DNA of 20,000 nt. Origin: Chiloscyllium plagiosum (lineage: Eukaryota). The position numbers and the translations under genes are program-made. Shown here in pieces: positions 18,605-20,000 of this stretch. The DNA is taken from NCBI RefSeq assembly GCF_004010195.1, contig NC_057757.1, positions 1,337,526-1,357,525 on the forward strand, read 5' to 3'. Under the pieces are notes generated by a model. That model saw only the letters and a program-made list of their open reading frames with translations, searched no databases and was not told the DNA's origin. How positions within the stretch are numbered: position 1 is the first letter of the stretch; each line of letters opens with the position of its first letter.

Positions 18605-19215
18605 TGACCAGAAATTCAACTGGACTCACCATATCAATATCGTGGCTACTAGAACAGGTCAGAGGCCAGGAATACCTCAGCATGTAACTCACCTCCTGAC
18701 TCCCAAATCCTGTCCACCATCAACAAGGCACAAGTCAGGAGTGTGATGCAATACTCCCCCCTTGCCTGGATGAGTGCAGTCCCAACAACACTCAAGAAGC
18801 TTGACATCATCCTACCTGTTTGATTTGCATTATATCCATAAGTATCCACTCCCTCCACCACCGATACTCAGTAGTAGGTGTGTACCATCTACAAGATGCA
18901 CTGCAGCAATTCACCAAAGATCCTCAGACAGCACCTTCCAAACCCACAACCACTTTCATCTAGAAGGACAAGGGCAGCAGATACATAGGAACACCACCAA
19001 GCTTCCCTCCAGGTCACTCACCATCCTGACTTGGAAATATACTCCTGTTCCTTCACTGTCACTGGGTCAAAATCCTGGAATTCCTACCCCGAAGGGCATT
19101 GTGAGTCAACCCACAACAAGTGGACTGCAGCGATTCAAGATGGCAGCTCACCCCCACTTTCTCAAGGGGCAACTAGGGACTGGGCCCAGCCAGTGACACC
19201 CACATTCCACATGTA
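18605..19215 (+). mobile_element. 5'-truncated LINE (CR1/L2 group) ORF2 C-terminus and 3' tail
   Basis: DQKFNWTHHINIVATRTGQR...LSTINKAQVRSVMQYSPLAWMSAVPTTLKKLDII...SFTVTGSKSWNS. Tail shared with 8740-8866. Confidence 0.85.
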
Positions 19216-19859
19216 CATAGCAATAGAAAAAGCTGCTACAATTCCACCACAGGAACTCGTGTTCTTAGGGGACTTGCTGGGGCCTCTACATTACTAGGTG
19301 ACTGACCTTACTATTACACCAACTCCTGCCCATCCTATTGTTCTTCTATCTGATGCCCCTACATCAATCTGTCTACTTCTGTCCACAAAGAGTGTTTCAT
19401 TCTCTCTATATTTTTCCCTCTCTACTTTGCTGTTGTCTCTTGCCTATTGGTTAATTTCATTGCCTTGATTTCTAACTAGCTGTCAGTCTGCCAATGTATG
19501 ACCTACTGCAATTCTCAACATAATTCAACCTGCTCAGGAAAAATAATTCAACTCCTACATTCCACATACAAAAACACAAACAAAGCATTTATCATGAATA
19601 CTGACCTCTCCCATCTGCAAGTCAGCTCTTGATTTCTAATTCTGTCATTCACTCCACCTGAACGGTCACATTGGATCGTATAGCTCACTGGCTGTTTAAA
19701 TACAAGGGAGAGGCTGTGATGATGTAGTACTAGGAGTCCAGCTCACTGCCACAAACCATTACAAATGTCCTTATCCTGTAATACTGAGTATGCATGGAGT
19801 TTCACTACACCACAAAGATCCGTAAATGTTCATTCTCGTCCAAGAGACTGTTCAATGTC

Positions 19860-20000
19860 AGTGTCTCAAGGTTCTTGCCTTTGAATCAGAGGATTGTCGC
19901 TAATTGTAGCCATTTCAGGGCTATGATTGCATTAGAGCTGCTGTGACAGACTGACAGTATCCTCACTGTCGGAGGATCAGTCCCGAGGGAGCCCTCACTG
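19860..20000 (+). mobile_element. Probable DeuSINE 5' part running off the window
   Basis: tcttgcctttgaatcagagg (head-like) and cagtcccgagggagccctcactg / cactgtcggagg (start of the Deu domain, locally duplicated). Confidence 0.5.

Noticed and set aside
18774..19297. 140-aa and 88-aa ORFs
   Set aside because: Frames of a frameshifted LINE 3' end.
1..20000. CRISPR array, prokaryotic operon or defence system, V(D)J recombination signals, pre-miRNA
   Set aside because: No regularly spaced repeats or gene-dense ORFs, no heptamer-nonamer pair found, and the long hairpins are explained by PLE fold-back insertions.

Overview
Eukaryotic, repeat-dominated, apparently intronic or intergenic DNA, most likely from a cartilaginous fish (shark). 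This is inferred from HE1-type V-SINEs, SacSINE1-like DeuSINEs and the CR1 and Penelope families present. I can support no host protein-coding gene; the listed ORFs that I can recognise come from decayed retroelements or span the 352-N gap. Bases 1-5850 are a nested stack of CR1 LINE fragments and Penelope-like element (PLE) pieces. Two signals stand out. (i) Three families of short PLE-derived insertions, often fold-back hairpins, six of them with clear target-site duplications (TSDs), carry minimal type I hammerhead ribozyme cores (CTGANGA-A-stem II-GAAA-palindrome-UH), and their truncation or inversion points cluster at the ribozyme. (ii) An old local duplication (about 4315-6607 vs 10025-10765) is hidden by later insertions, and only one copy keeps a promoter/enhancer-like motif cassette. 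The PLE-hammerhead link is established knowledge; the breakpoint clustering and the duplication are my own reading. Family names are by-eye recognition, not database hits, and the ends of old repeats are approximate.
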